This document shows positions 1 to 8,652 of a stretch of 64,000 nucleotides of DNA, piece after piece (the first letter of the stretch is position 1; every line of letters starts with the position of its first letter). The notes beneath the pieces are model-generated. The model searched no databases and had not been told where the DNA came from. It saw nothing but the letters and a program-made list of their open reading frames with translations. Location: positions 1-64,000 of the IMG/VR virus record IMGVR_UViG_3300022745_000026. One strand, given 5' to 3'. Made by a program: the position numbers and the translations under genes. Origin of the DNA: a virus.

Positions 1-231
<231 letters not shown>

Positions 232-235
<4 letters not shown>

Positions 236-381
236 AACGCACAACCTTCGCCGCGCTTGAAATCGGAGCCTATTTCAACGCTAACGGGAACCGATGCAAA
301 AAGGTTTCCACCCGAACGGCCCTGCTTGTCGCTTACGACCGAGTTTTTTACTTCAACCACTACGAAAGCGTCAGACTATGA
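232..381 (+). CDS. small hypothetical protein (49 aa, MKRTTFAALEIGAYF...)
   Basis: Translated by hand. ATGA overlaps at both ends, as in coupled phage early genes; too short for the ORF track. Confidence 0.6.
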
Positions 382-434
382 CCGACCAGGAAATCTTCAA
401 CAAAGTATCCGCCCACGCAACCTGAAAGTAATAG

Positions 435-815
435 ATGACCACAAATCGTAGCCCTTCCACCGGAATCCCCTACGGCGTCATAAGCGCCGCCTCGCTGCAT
501 GAAGACACGGTAGCCGACTTGCTGTACGGGCCAGACGCCAAGCACCACGGATACCCCGACGACTTCAGCGAGGATTACTCCGAGCCATACCAAGACCCTG
601 AGCCTAGTGTCTCAGGGACGCTTGACGGCGTGACTTACGAAACACTCTGGCTTGGCGGGGCACTGAACTTCTTTATTTTTGACTCACCCGTCCTGCACAA
701 GGGGCAGCAATGCTCACCTTGTGTGCCCTTTGCCTGTGACTTGGACTCAAACGGGGAGTACCTTGGTTACGGCGTACCTGATGAATGGAGATTGACATGC
801 ACTACTACGAATTAG
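435..815 (+). CDS. hypothetical early phage protein
   Basis: 126-aa ORF in a co-oriented gene string; C-terminal CSPCVP motif. Confidence 0.7.
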   Translation: MTTNRSPSTGIPYGVISAASLHEDTVADLLYGPDAKHHGYPDDFSEDYSEPYQDPEPSVSGTLDGVTYETLWLGGALNFFIFDSPVLHKGQQCSPCVPFACDLDSNGEYLGYGVPDEWRLTCTTTN

Positions 816-1183
816 AGGGAGTTGTTTACCAGCTCAGCAACCCACTGAATGGAGGTGTTCGCCTCCCAAAGGCGCAAGGGAAGCGCCGCTACCGAGGGCA
901 GGCTGCCCAACACCTGCGGAGCTGGTTGCCGGAAGGCAGCACGGTCTACACGGTGGTGCGCTCAGTAGCCCGCTCCGGCATGAGCCGCCAGATCAGCGTG
1001 TTCTGCATCAACGGCTCAGAGATTAAGTGCATCGACTGGTTTACCTCTGTTGTCCTCGACTGGAAGTTGAAGGATGCTATTTGTGTGCAGGGCTGTGGCA
1101 TGGACATGGCTTATCACTTGGTTGAGGCCCTCTCTTACGCCCTATACGGTAAAGGCGGGGCGCTCACAAATCGTCGCCTATAA
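797..1183 (+). CDS. hypothetical phage protein (VYTVVRSVARSGMSR...GCGMDM type)
   Basis: ORF 785..1183; the ATG at 797 follows GGAG. The motif pattern resembles uncharacterised phage proteins (recognised from memory). Confidence 0.7.
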   Translation: MHYYELEGVVYQLSNPLNGGVRLPKAQGKRRYRGQAAQHLRSWLPEGSTVYTVVRSVARSGMSRQISVFCINGSEIKCIDWFTSVVLDWKLKDAICVQGCGMDMAYHLVEALSYALYGKGGALTNRRL

Positions 1184-1229
1184 TCACCACCCGGCCCGCC
1201 TAGGGCCAAATTTCACTAAGGAGTCTTTC

Positions 1230-2612
1230 ATGTATTTCTATGACCTGCAACTCATTCTTGCAAAGTCCCGCCCTTGGTATAAGCGGGAGCTGATGCAAGC
1301 CAAGCTGCACCCCGCAGTCGTAACTGCCCTCGTCAACAAACGCCCCAAAGAGTGGCACCTTGTAGTGCTGCAACACCCCCACATCGCAGAGGACAATACC
1401 AGACTGGCCTATACCCAGTCCGACTTGAAGGGTGAGGCCAATCTCCAGACGGTGACCAGCATCGGCAAGTATCTAAAGCGCCACTGGCCGGATACTCCTG
1501 ACCACATACTGCACTCTTGGGCATCGACTTACAGCCCAGATGCCTTCTACTTGCAGGATACCAAGCTGGACATTATCCGAGCGGTTGAGTTCGGGCCAAG
1601 TTCCTGCATGCAGTCCACTAATCGCTACTCCGGCAGCCCGTTCGATACCGATAACCTCCCCGCCCTCAAGGACGGCACCATAGACGAGGACGCACTGGAT
1701 ACCCACCCCTATGCCTGCTACGACCCCCAGTACGGCTGGAAAGTCGCTGTCCGAAAGTCCGGTGACAAAATCTTGGGCCGAGCCCTTGTCAACGGTACCA
1801 AGTTTGTCCGCTCCTACGCTGTGCCGGCTGGTGAGGGGCGCTCAGAGCCAGATGCCCACTTGGAGGCATGGCTAGAGAAGCAGGGCATCAAGCACACGAG
1901 TTCATGGCCCGAAGGCACTCGACTTGCCAAGTTGGACCACCCCAGGGAGGGCGGCCCGATGTGCCCCTACTTGGACGGTAGCAGGGACAACGTAGACGTG
2001 TACCGCAATTACTTGGAGATTGTGGCCAGTGGCGAGTATGAGGCGCAACAGACAGACGGTACACTTGAGGACCGTGGAGGTAGTACCTGCGAGGATTGTG
2101 GCAGTCGGGTTGTCGAAGATGAAACTTATTTCGTCGGACGGAACGAGGACCGCTGCGTAGGTTCTTGCTGTATCGGTAATTACACCATGGTGCGCTCGGA
2201 TACTGGTCGCCGTTACGACGAATATTATGTGCCGGATGACGAAGCGGCTCGCGTGAACGGCAAGAATTACGATACAGAGAACCTGCCCGATGACATCGTT
2301 TGTCTGGAGGACGGCGACTATGCCAATATTGACGATTGTGTCTGCATTGAGGACGAGTATTACCACCAAGATGACTACCGCGTATTCCCTCTTGAGGAAG
2401 AGACGGAAGATGGCGACCACTACGCACTCAAAGAGAATACATGGGTAGATGGGGACGGTAAGCGCTACCACGATGAGAAAGAGCACTGGGAAGATTACGC
2501 CGGTGACAAGTGGACCATGGATGAGCCATACGAAGAAGTTGACGGCGAGTTGTGGCGTGTATGTGATATTGAAGCAGAGCGTGCTGCTCAACAAGTTGGA
2601 GTTTTGATATGA
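1230..2612 (+). CDS. uncharacterised SCM / GRAL / PYLD-motif protein with Cys-rich and acidic C-terminal region
   Basis: AAGGAG RBS before ATG 1230. Motifs SSCM, HPYACYDP, GRALVN, FVRSY, CPYLDG, CEDCG, CVGSCC and a D/E-rich tail. Confidence 0.8.
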   Translation: MYFYDLQLILAKSRPWYKRELMQAKLHPAVVTALVNKRPKEWHLVVLQHPHIAEDNTRLAYTQSDLKGEANLQTVTSIGKYLKRHWPDTPDHILHSWASTYSPDAFYLQDTKLDIIRAVEFGPSSCMQSTNRYSGSPFDTDNLPALKDGTIDEDALDTHPYACYDPQYGWKVAVRKSGDKILGRALVNGTKFVRSYAVPAGEGRSEPDAHLEAWLEKQGIKHTSSWPEGTRLAKLDHPREGGPMCPYLDGSRDNVDVYRNYLEIVASGEYEAQQTDGTLEDRGGSTCEDCGSRVVEDETYFVGRNEDRCVGSCCIGNYTMVRSDTGRRYDEYYVPDDEAARVNGKNYDTENLPDDIVCLEDGDYANIDDCVCIEDEYYHQDDYRVFPLEEETEDGDHYALKENTWVDGDGKRYHDEKEHWEDYAGDKWTMDEPYEEVDGELWRVCDIEAERAAQQVGVLI

Positions 2613-3661
2613 ATTTACTAGAAGATTTGCACCGCGCAGTTAGCCTCAAACGAGGTTCTGGCACTATCACAGAAATGCAGTACGCCGCTTACTTGACGCA
2701 GCGCTTGCCTGTGTCGATGATTGATGAGGCTGGAAACTTGTATGTGGACTTGCGCACCGAGCCGCACCACAGGACCTGCTTTACGGCACACATCGACACA
2801 GTACACCACAAGTCGGGGTCCAATGTCTACACTATCGACGGACAGTTCTGGAAGGCAAGTGGGGATGCACTGGGTGCTGATGACGGTGCTGGTATAGCCC
2901 TGTTGCTGTACCTGATTGACCATCGAGTGCCTGCACTTTATGTTTTCTTCCGTGGTGAAGAGTGCGGCGGTACTGGCTCGGTGTGGGCGTCTGCCAATAT
3001 GGCAGAGCTGTTTAGCACCGTAGACCGTGCCATAGCGTTTGACCGTGCAGGTTACCATGATGTTATCACTAAGCAGGCAGGCGGTCGATGCTGCTCAGAC
3101 GAGTTTGCAACGTCACTCTCAGAGGCTCTTACAAACGAAGAGTTTACACGTGCCTTTACAGCTTGCGATACAGGTGTGTTTACTGACACTGCTAATCTAG
3201 TTGATATTGTGCCTGAGTGTACAAACGTAAGTTGCGGCTACTTTTCACAACACGGCGACCGTGAGAAGCAAGACGTAGAGTTCTTACAGATTCTAGCATC
3301 ACGGATTGTAGAGATCGACTGGGACGCACTGCCTGTCAAGCGGGAGATGTACCAGAAGCCCAAGTCCCGTTGGGCGCAGGACTGGGCTCACTGGGCTCAC
3401 TGGGGTGCTGACGACAGTGATGCTCCACGGTCAGGCGATGACACTGGTGAGGAACTCTACAAGGCGCTGGTTTTAGCCGAGCAAGGAGTCTACACTCCAC
3501 TGCGAAGCTTACTGTCTGACCACTTGGGTGCGGAGTACGCCCCCTACGTCAACAAGTTGAACTTCTCTACAGCCGCTATTGACACTGCCTTTGAGGCGAT
3601 ACTAGACGGAGAGGACGAGGATTATGTGTATTCATTACTTTACGGAGGGCACATGGTATGA
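2609..3661 (+). CDS. Zn-dependent peptidase, M28/M20 (MH clan) family
   Basis: Metal-ligand motifs AHIDTVH, LGADDGAG, GEECG, AFDR, FTDTA, ECTNVSCGYFSQH. ATGA-coupled to the upstream gene. Confidence 0.85.
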   Translation: MNLLEDLHRAVSLKRGSGTITEMQYAAYLTQRLPVSMIDEAGNLYVDLRTEPHHRTCFTAHIDTVHHKSGSNVYTIDGQFWKASGDALGADDGAGIALLLYLIDHRVPALYVFFRGEECGGTGSVWASANMAELFSTVDRAIAFDRAGYHDVITKQAGGRCCSDEFATSLSEALTNEEFTRAFTACDTGVFTDTANLVDIVPECTNVSCGYFSQHGDREKQDVEFLQILASRIVEIDWDALPVKREMYQKPKSRWAQDWAHWAHWGADDSDAPRSGDDTGEELYKALVLAEQGVYTPLRSLLSDHLGAEYAPYVNKLNFSTAAIDTAFEAILDGEDEDYVYSLLYGGHMV

Positions 3662-3925
3662 GCGAAATTGATGCAGCTATCTTGGCCGGAAGTCTGCGAG
3701 AGCGCGGGTTCCGACCTAAAATCGTCCTTGGTGAGGGGGGTTTCGAGGTTCTTGTATGAGCCCTGAAGATTACGGCTTGTCAGAGGCCGAGTTAAAGAGG
3801 AAGTGGGCCAACGGCCACCCTGTCTACACCAAAGCAGACTATATAATCCATAAAGTGAGTTGTGATTATTACTATTGGTTGTTCTTACAGCTTCGGTACG
3901 AAGCGTTTTATTGCGGAGATTTCTT

Positions 3926-4078
3926 ATGAATACACACTACTTGACGACTGTACGTCGTTTGTTCAGTAACCCTTTAGCGCCGGATAGTACCAATCGGCAC
4001 AATCAGCGGGCGTGGATTAAATCTGTCAGGATGCTTGGAGACAAGTGGTTGCTGGCTAAACAAGTGGGGAAGTTATGA
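3926..4078 (+). CDS. small hypothetical phage protein (MNTHYLTTVRRLF...)
   Basis: GGAG RBS and ATGA overlap. Two further tiny coupled ORFs lie at 3658-3759 and 3756-3929. Confidence 0.65.
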   Translation: MNTHYLTTVRRLFSNPLAPDSTNRHNQRAWIKSVRMLGDKWLLAKQVGKL

Positions 4079-4452
4079 GCATCGAACTCGGTAAGACTTA
4101 CGTTACAGAACTTAACACTAAGTGGCGCGTTGCTAGTGTCACAGGGCTCAAAGGTACGGAGGTCATCGTTGTAAATGATGACCTAGGTAAAATCCGATGC
4201 CTGGACCTGCAAGGTCAAGGGCCGGGAGGTGTCCCCGTATTGGTTCAAGAGTTCGATATATGGTCAGAGGTGGCCATAGATACACCTATCTGGGTGAAGG
4301 ACCACCCAGCGGAGGAGTGGATACCTAGACACTTTGCAAAACGCTCTGGCGGGTATGTTATGGCTTGGTCTAACGGGACTACCAGCCACTCAGCCCCGAC
4401 AGCAGACCCAACCACCCGCTGGGAGATGGCCACACTGGTGAAGCCAACATGA
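4075..4452 (+). CDS. hypothetical protein
   Basis: 125-aa ORF, ATGA-coupled; C-terminal DTPIWVKD...WIPRHFA motif. Confidence 0.7.
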   Translation: MSIELGKTYVTELNTKWRVASVTGLKGTEVIVVNDDLGKIRCLDLQGQGPGGVPVLVQEFDIWSEVAIDTPIWVKDHPAEEWIPRHFAKRSGGYVMAWSNGTTSHSAPTADPTTRWEMATLVKPT

Positions 4453-4664
4453 ACAAGCACATTATCAACCTGCACCTAAACGTCCTCAATACTACCCTGA
4501 ACGGGCCTGACCCCGACAAAGACATTGACGACATGTACATCCCCAACCGCTACGTAGACAACCTTGTTAAAGCCTTGGTTCGAGACGCAGCGGACTTGTT
4601 AGACCAATACCCTAGGGTAGATGCTTCGGCAATCTTATTGAAATTCTACGGAATCAAGAAATGA
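4449..4664 (+). CDS. hypothetical protein
   Basis: 71-aa ORF, ATGA-coupled. Confidence 0.6.
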   Translation: MNKHIINLHLNVLNTTLNGPDPDKDIDDMYIPNRYVDNLVKALVRDAADLLDQYPRVDASAILLKFYGIKK

Positions 4665-4681
4665 AACTTATAAATAAGGTA

Positions 4682-4690
4682 TGCTACAAT
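4682..4690 (+). promoter_or_regulatory. extended -10 sigma70-type promoter (TGcTACAAT) for the HNH-AP2 cassette
   Basis: TG-N-TACAAT directly upstream of the structured leader. Confidence 0.6.
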
Positions 4691-4696
4691 GCACTG

Positions 4697-4803
4697 TGAG
4701 TGGTTTTGGGCTGCCGTGACTAGACGGCATAAGCGCAAAGCTTCTCGAAGCCCGCCGCCAGGAGTCCATGCTAGTTCCATGGGTTCTCTGGCGGTTTTTT
4801 ATT
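4697..4803 (+). ncRNA. putative structured leader RNA with complementary loops; second hairpin terminator-like
   Basis: Hairpin 1 is TGCCGT-GACTAG-ACGGCA (4712-4729) within a longer imperfect stem at 4698-4746. Hairpin 2 spans 4754-4795 with loop CTAGTTC and is followed by a T-run. Confidence 0.65.
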
Positions 4804-4814
4804 GGGATAAATCC

Positions 4815-5315
4815 ATGAAAAAACGAAAGATCAGGGTTGAGGGCGAAGTAGCCTACGTGCCACTAGCCGGCGGACAAGAGGCAATCATAGACGCAGAAGA
4901 TGCAGAATTAGTTGAAAAATATAACTGGTGCCTTACACGAGGCTACGTGGTGACGGGGCGATTAGCTAGTAGCGGCAAACAAAGGCTCTTATACCTGCAT
5001 CGGCTTGTAATGGGGGAGCCAGAGGGCAAGGCAGTAGATCATCGAAAAGGCAACAAACTTGATAATAGAAAAGTATTCCTTCGTGTAGCTACTACTTCAC
5101 AAAACAGTTGTAACCGAGGCCCACAGGCTAACAACACCTCCGGCCACAAAGGCGTCTACTGGAATAAATCCTCAAGAAAATGGGTAGCACAAATTGTGTG
5201 TGACGGCAGGCACATTTACTTGGGTCAGTTTATAGCCCTTGAAGATGCAGCACAGGCTTACAAAGAAGCAGCACTTAAACACCACAAAGAATTTGCAAAC
5301 TTAGGAACATCATGA
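4815..5315 (+). CDS. HNH homing endonuclease with C-terminal AP2 DNA-binding domain
   Basis: LHRLVM...VDHRKGNKLDNRK...N HNH motif and the AP2-like segment SGHKGVYW...KWVAQI...YLGQF...AAQAY. Confidence 0.9.
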   Translation: MKKRKIRVEGEVAYVPLAGGQEAIIDAEDAELVEKYNWCLTRGYVVTGRLASSGKQRLLYLHRLVMGEPEGKAVDHRKGNKLDNRKVFLRVATTSQNSCNRGPQANNTSGHKGVYWNKSSRKWVAQIVCDGRHIYLGQFIALEDAAQAYKEAALKHHKEFANLGTS

Positions 5316-5774
5316 AACTGACCAAATACGACAAAGACACCATGTTGAGCGCAATTAAGCGCGACCTACCTGAAATTGACGACAGAGAGGCTATCCAAGC
5401 GGCTCTTGAGAAGGCAATGAGCCCTCTATGCCGCAAGTTATACAAGTTGACTCCGGGTGCGGTGAGCATCAAGTACACAGCATCTTATGACTTCTTTCAA
5501 GGTAACTGCTCACACGAATACTACGTCGGGGATGCCGACTTCACGGTAGTGCTCGAACCCTTCAAGGCCAAGAAGCGAGCGAGGGATGAAACTCTCGACA
5601 AGGTGAGCGCCGCACTTGCGGCTTGTACAACACTAAAGCAGCTTGAAGAGCGTCTACCGGAGTTCGTCAAGTACGCCCCGGTAGAGCTTACCAAGAGCAC
5701 CAACGCCTTGGTTGTGCAGAGCCCCCGTAAACGAATTGAAGGCCCTCGGCTGGCCAGTAGGAGCAAAGAAATGA
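5312..5774 (+). CDS. Nmad5-like (nucleotide-modification-associated domain 5) protein with an apparent +1 frameshift near its 3' end
   Basis: MKLTK... start and CTTLKQLEERLPEFVKY motif. A family-like LGWP C-terminus lies in the +1 frame from 5727 and ends at TGA 5772-5774. Confidence 0.6.
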
Positions 5775-6067
5775 CAGCAGCAGAAAGACTTGACATTCAC
5801 CTGAACTCGGACAACTGGTTCCGAAAGACGGACTCAACGTACGGCCCATTCTTCTACTCAGGTGTTCGCCTACCCTTCAAGACGGATAACGGCATCACAA
5901 TCTCCATCCAGCAGAGTGACATTCACTGGTGCGACCACGGCTCTGCCGAGCTGTACAACTGCCCCTGGCATGAGTTGCTTGCCCCTTACGGGACAGACGG
6001 TGACCCCTGTGCCCATGTTCCACTGGAAGTGGTAGTGCAATACATTGAAGCGTTGGAGGCGGTATGA
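5771..6067 (+). CDS. hypothetical protein (MTAAERLDIH...), fused to the upstream gene in the ORF track
   Basis: AGGAG RBS before ATG 5771; ATGA overlap with the +1-frame stop of the upstream gene. Confidence 0.6.
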   Translation: MTAAERLDIHLNSDNWFRKTDSTYGPFFYSGVRLPFKTDNGITISIQQSDIHWCDHGSAELYNCPWHELLAPYGTDGDPCAHVPLEVVVQYIEALEAV

Positions 6068-6267
6068 ACGACCCAGCGTTCCCCCACCACGACTCCGGCC
6101 ACGGGTCGCCCTACTATCCGGGACTCACCATGCGAGACTACTTCGCCGCAGCCGCTCTGCAAGGCCTCTTGGCAAACGATGCCAAGAACGGAACTTGGGG
6201 CGAGTACTCAACAATGGCTTATAACTTGGCAGATCAGATGGTAAAAGAGAGGAACTTCCACCCATGA
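6064..6267 (+). CDS. small phage protein (PAFP...GLTMRDYFAAAALQGLLA type)
   Basis: Characteristic motif of a widespread small phage protein family. Confidence 0.8.
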   Translation: MNDPAFPHHDSGHGSPYYPGLTMRDYFAAAALQGLLANDAKNGTWGEYSTMAYNLADQMVKERNFHP

Positions 6268-6644
6268 AAACGCTACTACTCACTTCTTTGATTCTCCTCA
6301 CCGGCTGTGCGTCCAACGGGCCGAGCACTTTCGTCACAGCCAAGTATCCAATCCGGCCTGTGATTGACTACTCAGGTCCAGAAGAGGTCATCGCCAAGGA
6401 CCTCACAGCCTGTAATGACCTTTCCAAGCAAGTAGCTTCAACCGCTGACAATGCTCTCATGGGGGCCGCCGGCGGAGCCCTACTCGGCGGCTTATTCGCT
6501 GCGGCCATGTCTAGCAAAGAGCACACCCGAGAGCTTGCCCAGACAGGAGCCCTAACAGGCCTGTTAAAAGGCGGAAGTACAGATGACAGAAAAGTTATCG
6601 TGGCCAAGTGCATGGCCGGAAGAGGGTACCGTGTACTTGGTTAA
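6264..6644 (+). CDS. glycine-zipper lipoprotein
   Basis: Signal peptide with lipobox LTGC, GAAGGALLGG glycine zipper, and C-terminal CMAGRGY. Confidence 0.8.
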   Translation: MKTLLLTSLILLTGCASNGPSTFVTAKYPIRPVIDYSGPEEVIAKDLTACNDLSKQVASTADNALMGAAGGALLGGLFAAAMSSKEHTRELAQTGALTGLLKGGSTDDRKVIVAKCMAGRGYRVLG

Positions 6645-6707
6645 GCGTCTTTGGGATAAGTTCGGCGATTGGTGTGAGAAGTACCTAAAGGCTAATAAGG
6701 AGTTCCA

Positions 6708-6965
6708 ATGAGAAAGCCAAAATACGAAAAAGGCACACCAAATAAGGTGTACACAGATGGTGACAATGGCTATATTAGTCTAGAGGACGGTCCCGAGATT
6801 GCTATTGATAAGGACTGGCTCTGGTACTATAAGGACCACTACTGGCAGGGGCAACAAGTGGGGCCTGTCTACTTCGTCTATTACGTTGACCTATCGGGGC
6901 CACGACCAAGGGTTGTGGGTATAGACGACCATCTCGCAGCAGCACAAACTATGACAAGGCATTGA
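6708..6965 (+). CDS. hypothetical protein
   Basis: AAGGAG RBS; 85-aa ORF. Confidence 0.6.
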   Translation: MRKPKYEKGTPNKVYTDGDNGYISLEDGPEIAIDKDWLWYYKDHYWQGQQVGPVYFVYYVDLSGPRPRVVGIDDHLAAAQTMTRH

Positions 6966-6966
6966 T

Positions 6967-7158
6967 ATGAAATTTTCTGTTAAGAGAACCTCAGAGTGGA
7001 GAGGGTGTAGGCCCTGTCCGGAGGCTAAAGGCGAGACTGGAGAGTGGTACGTGGAGTTTTCCACTCTTGAAGAGTTAATGTTCTTTGTAGAGAAGCGGGG
7101 TGACGTAATTATCTCTAAGTACATGTCAATTGAAATTTACGACGGTTACAGGGAGTGA
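6967..7158 (+). CDS. small hypothetical protein (C-terminal IEIYDGYRE)
   Basis: 63-aa ORF in the gene string. Confidence 0.65.
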   Translation: MKFSVKRTSEWRGCRPCPEAKGETGEWYVEFSTLEELMFFVEKRGDVIISKYMSIEIYDGYRE

Positions 7159-7347
7159 CTATGAACTAATCTCTTGCGACGAATGCGCTGTCATTCTTGA
7201 CGGTGACAAGTTTTGTTTCCCGCTTGGAATTTATGGGGCCAATGACACTATAGACCCTTACAAGGGTGACTATAACCAGAGAACAGGGGAGTATTCTGCA
7301 TATGTAGAATGCCCAGTGTGCAAGTCTAAAATTTTTTAGGATGATGT

Positions 7348-7632
7348 ATGAAACACAAACACGCAGATTTAATCCGAGAGTGGGCACTTGATACGAGTAG
7401 GGTTGTGCAGTATAGATACACGTCTACAAATGACTGGGATGACTGTGTAGACCACCCTGCATGGAATGAAGCAATCCATTACCGCTTTAAGCCAGAACCC
7501 AAGCCTGACTACCACACATACGGCTGGGCCATGAACGGCTCATTGCAGATAAATTACATTAGCAAGCCCAATATCAAGCTCACATTCGATGGTGAGACAC
7601 ACCAACTGAAAGCTGCGGAGGTTTTGAAATGA
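7348..7632 (+). CDS. hypothetical phage protein (MKHKHADLIREWA...YRFKP)
   Basis: AGGA RBS; common phage motif pattern. Confidence 0.75.
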   Translation: MKHKHADLIREWALDTSRVVQYRYTSTNDWDDCVDHPAWNEAIHYRFKPEPKPDYHTYGWAMNGSLQINYISKPNIKLTFDGETHQLKAAEVLK

Positions 7633-7883
7633 TCGAAGTACAAGAACTCGACCCCCAGCCCACAATAGAAATCCTCGTGCCGCCGCCCAAGCCCGAGGGC
7701 TGGCTGGCCTTCTACCGCTGGGATAGCAGCAGCTCTTGGCTGCTACTAAGCCCCGGAGTATCCGGCCACGACCAAGCTCGTAATCCTTGGCCCCTATTCC
7801 CAACAAAACAGGATGCAGCCTTGGCAGGACAAGCTGCGCTGCCGTCCGGCGGTACTGTAAAAGTAGTGAAGGTGACCCTATGA
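7629..7883 (+). CDS. hypothetical protein
   Basis: ATGA-coupled 84-aa ORF. Confidence 0.6.
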   Translation: MIEVQELDPQPTIEILVPPPKPEGWLAFYRWDSSSSWLLLSPGVSGHDQARNPWPLFPTKQDAALAGQAALPSGGTVKVVKVTL

Positions 7884-8158
7884 CTGACCACCACGACGAG
7901 GTTATTGAGATGCTTGAGTACGCAGTCACTCGGCTGGATGGCGGCTATTTTGAGCCACGGTCTGACCGAGATGTCGCCCTACGGGACGTACTGATACGGG
8001 TTATCGAGGGTCGTAAAAAGTCAGAGCCAGAACCCAAGTGCTTGTCCAACTGCCGCACTTGCGGATATGCACACATGCAGGAATTCTCTGACGGAGGGCA
8101 CTGCTATATGTTCAAAGATGAGCCCGTAGGGGTATGTTCAAAATGGTTAGGAGTCTGA
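7880..8158 (+). CDS. hypothetical Cys-rich protein
   Basis: ATGA overlap at 7880; CxxC motifs in the C-terminal part. Confidence 0.55.
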   Translation: MTDHHDEVIEMLEYAVTRLDGGYFEPRSDRDVALRDVLIRVIEGRKKSEPEPKCLSNCRTCGYAHMQEFSDGGHCYMFKDEPVGVCSKWLGV

Positions 8159-8159
8159 T

Positions 8160-8357
8160 ATGAAACTGAAAATTCTGGCCCTGACAGCGGCCCTACCAGC
8201 AATCATCCTGATGCTGAACCTTACGGCCTATGCCCTGACAGGCGCAGGCTTCTTGATGCCGGCTGCTGCACAAACTGTTCACGACGCCCGCATAGTTGTG
8301 GCCGGCCTATCAGCGGCAATCGCCGTAATACTATTCGGAGCAAGCCTTGAAGTTTAA
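8160..8357 (+). CDS. small membrane protein (2 TM)
   Basis: AGGAG RBS; two hydrophobic stretches. Confidence 0.6.
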   Translation: MKLKILALTAALPAIILMLNLTAYALTGAGFLMPAAAQTVHDARIVVAGLSAAIAVILFGASLEV

Positions 8358-8652
8358 GCCGCTCCCCACCATGCGAATCCCACAATTGCCCAACAAGAGG
8401 CTGGCCACCATGAAGCGTGGCCTTGCTCATATAGGCTTCTCAGCCGCCGCAGGCTTGGTGCTCAGCACCTTGCTCATCCTGCCTCTGCTTGATGCTTACG
8501 TGAGTCAAGTGCGAGTCGCCGCCACCGAGCAGGCGCTAGAGACCTTTGAGACCTCTTGGAAATCCCGCCTGCTCGATAATCAGTCACTCCTACGAACTGC
8601 CTGCACCACTTGGTGGTTTGGGTCCAACCATAAAGAACGGAATCTAAAATGA
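8347..8652 (+). CDS. hypothetical membrane-anchored protein (start may be 8371 or 8410)
   Basis: One TM segment; C-terminal CTTWWF. Confidence 0.55.
   Translation: MKFKPLPTMRIPQLPNKRLATMKRGLAHIGFSAAAGLVLSTLLILPLLDAYVSQVRVAATEQALETFETSWKSRLLDNQSLLRTACTTWWFGSNHKERNLK

Noticed and set aside
4689-4814. N-terminal extensions of the HNH ORFs in the ORF track (also 55118-55171)
   Set aside because: They run through the promoter and leader hairpins; paralog alignment and RBS position place both starts at MKKR (4815 and 55172).
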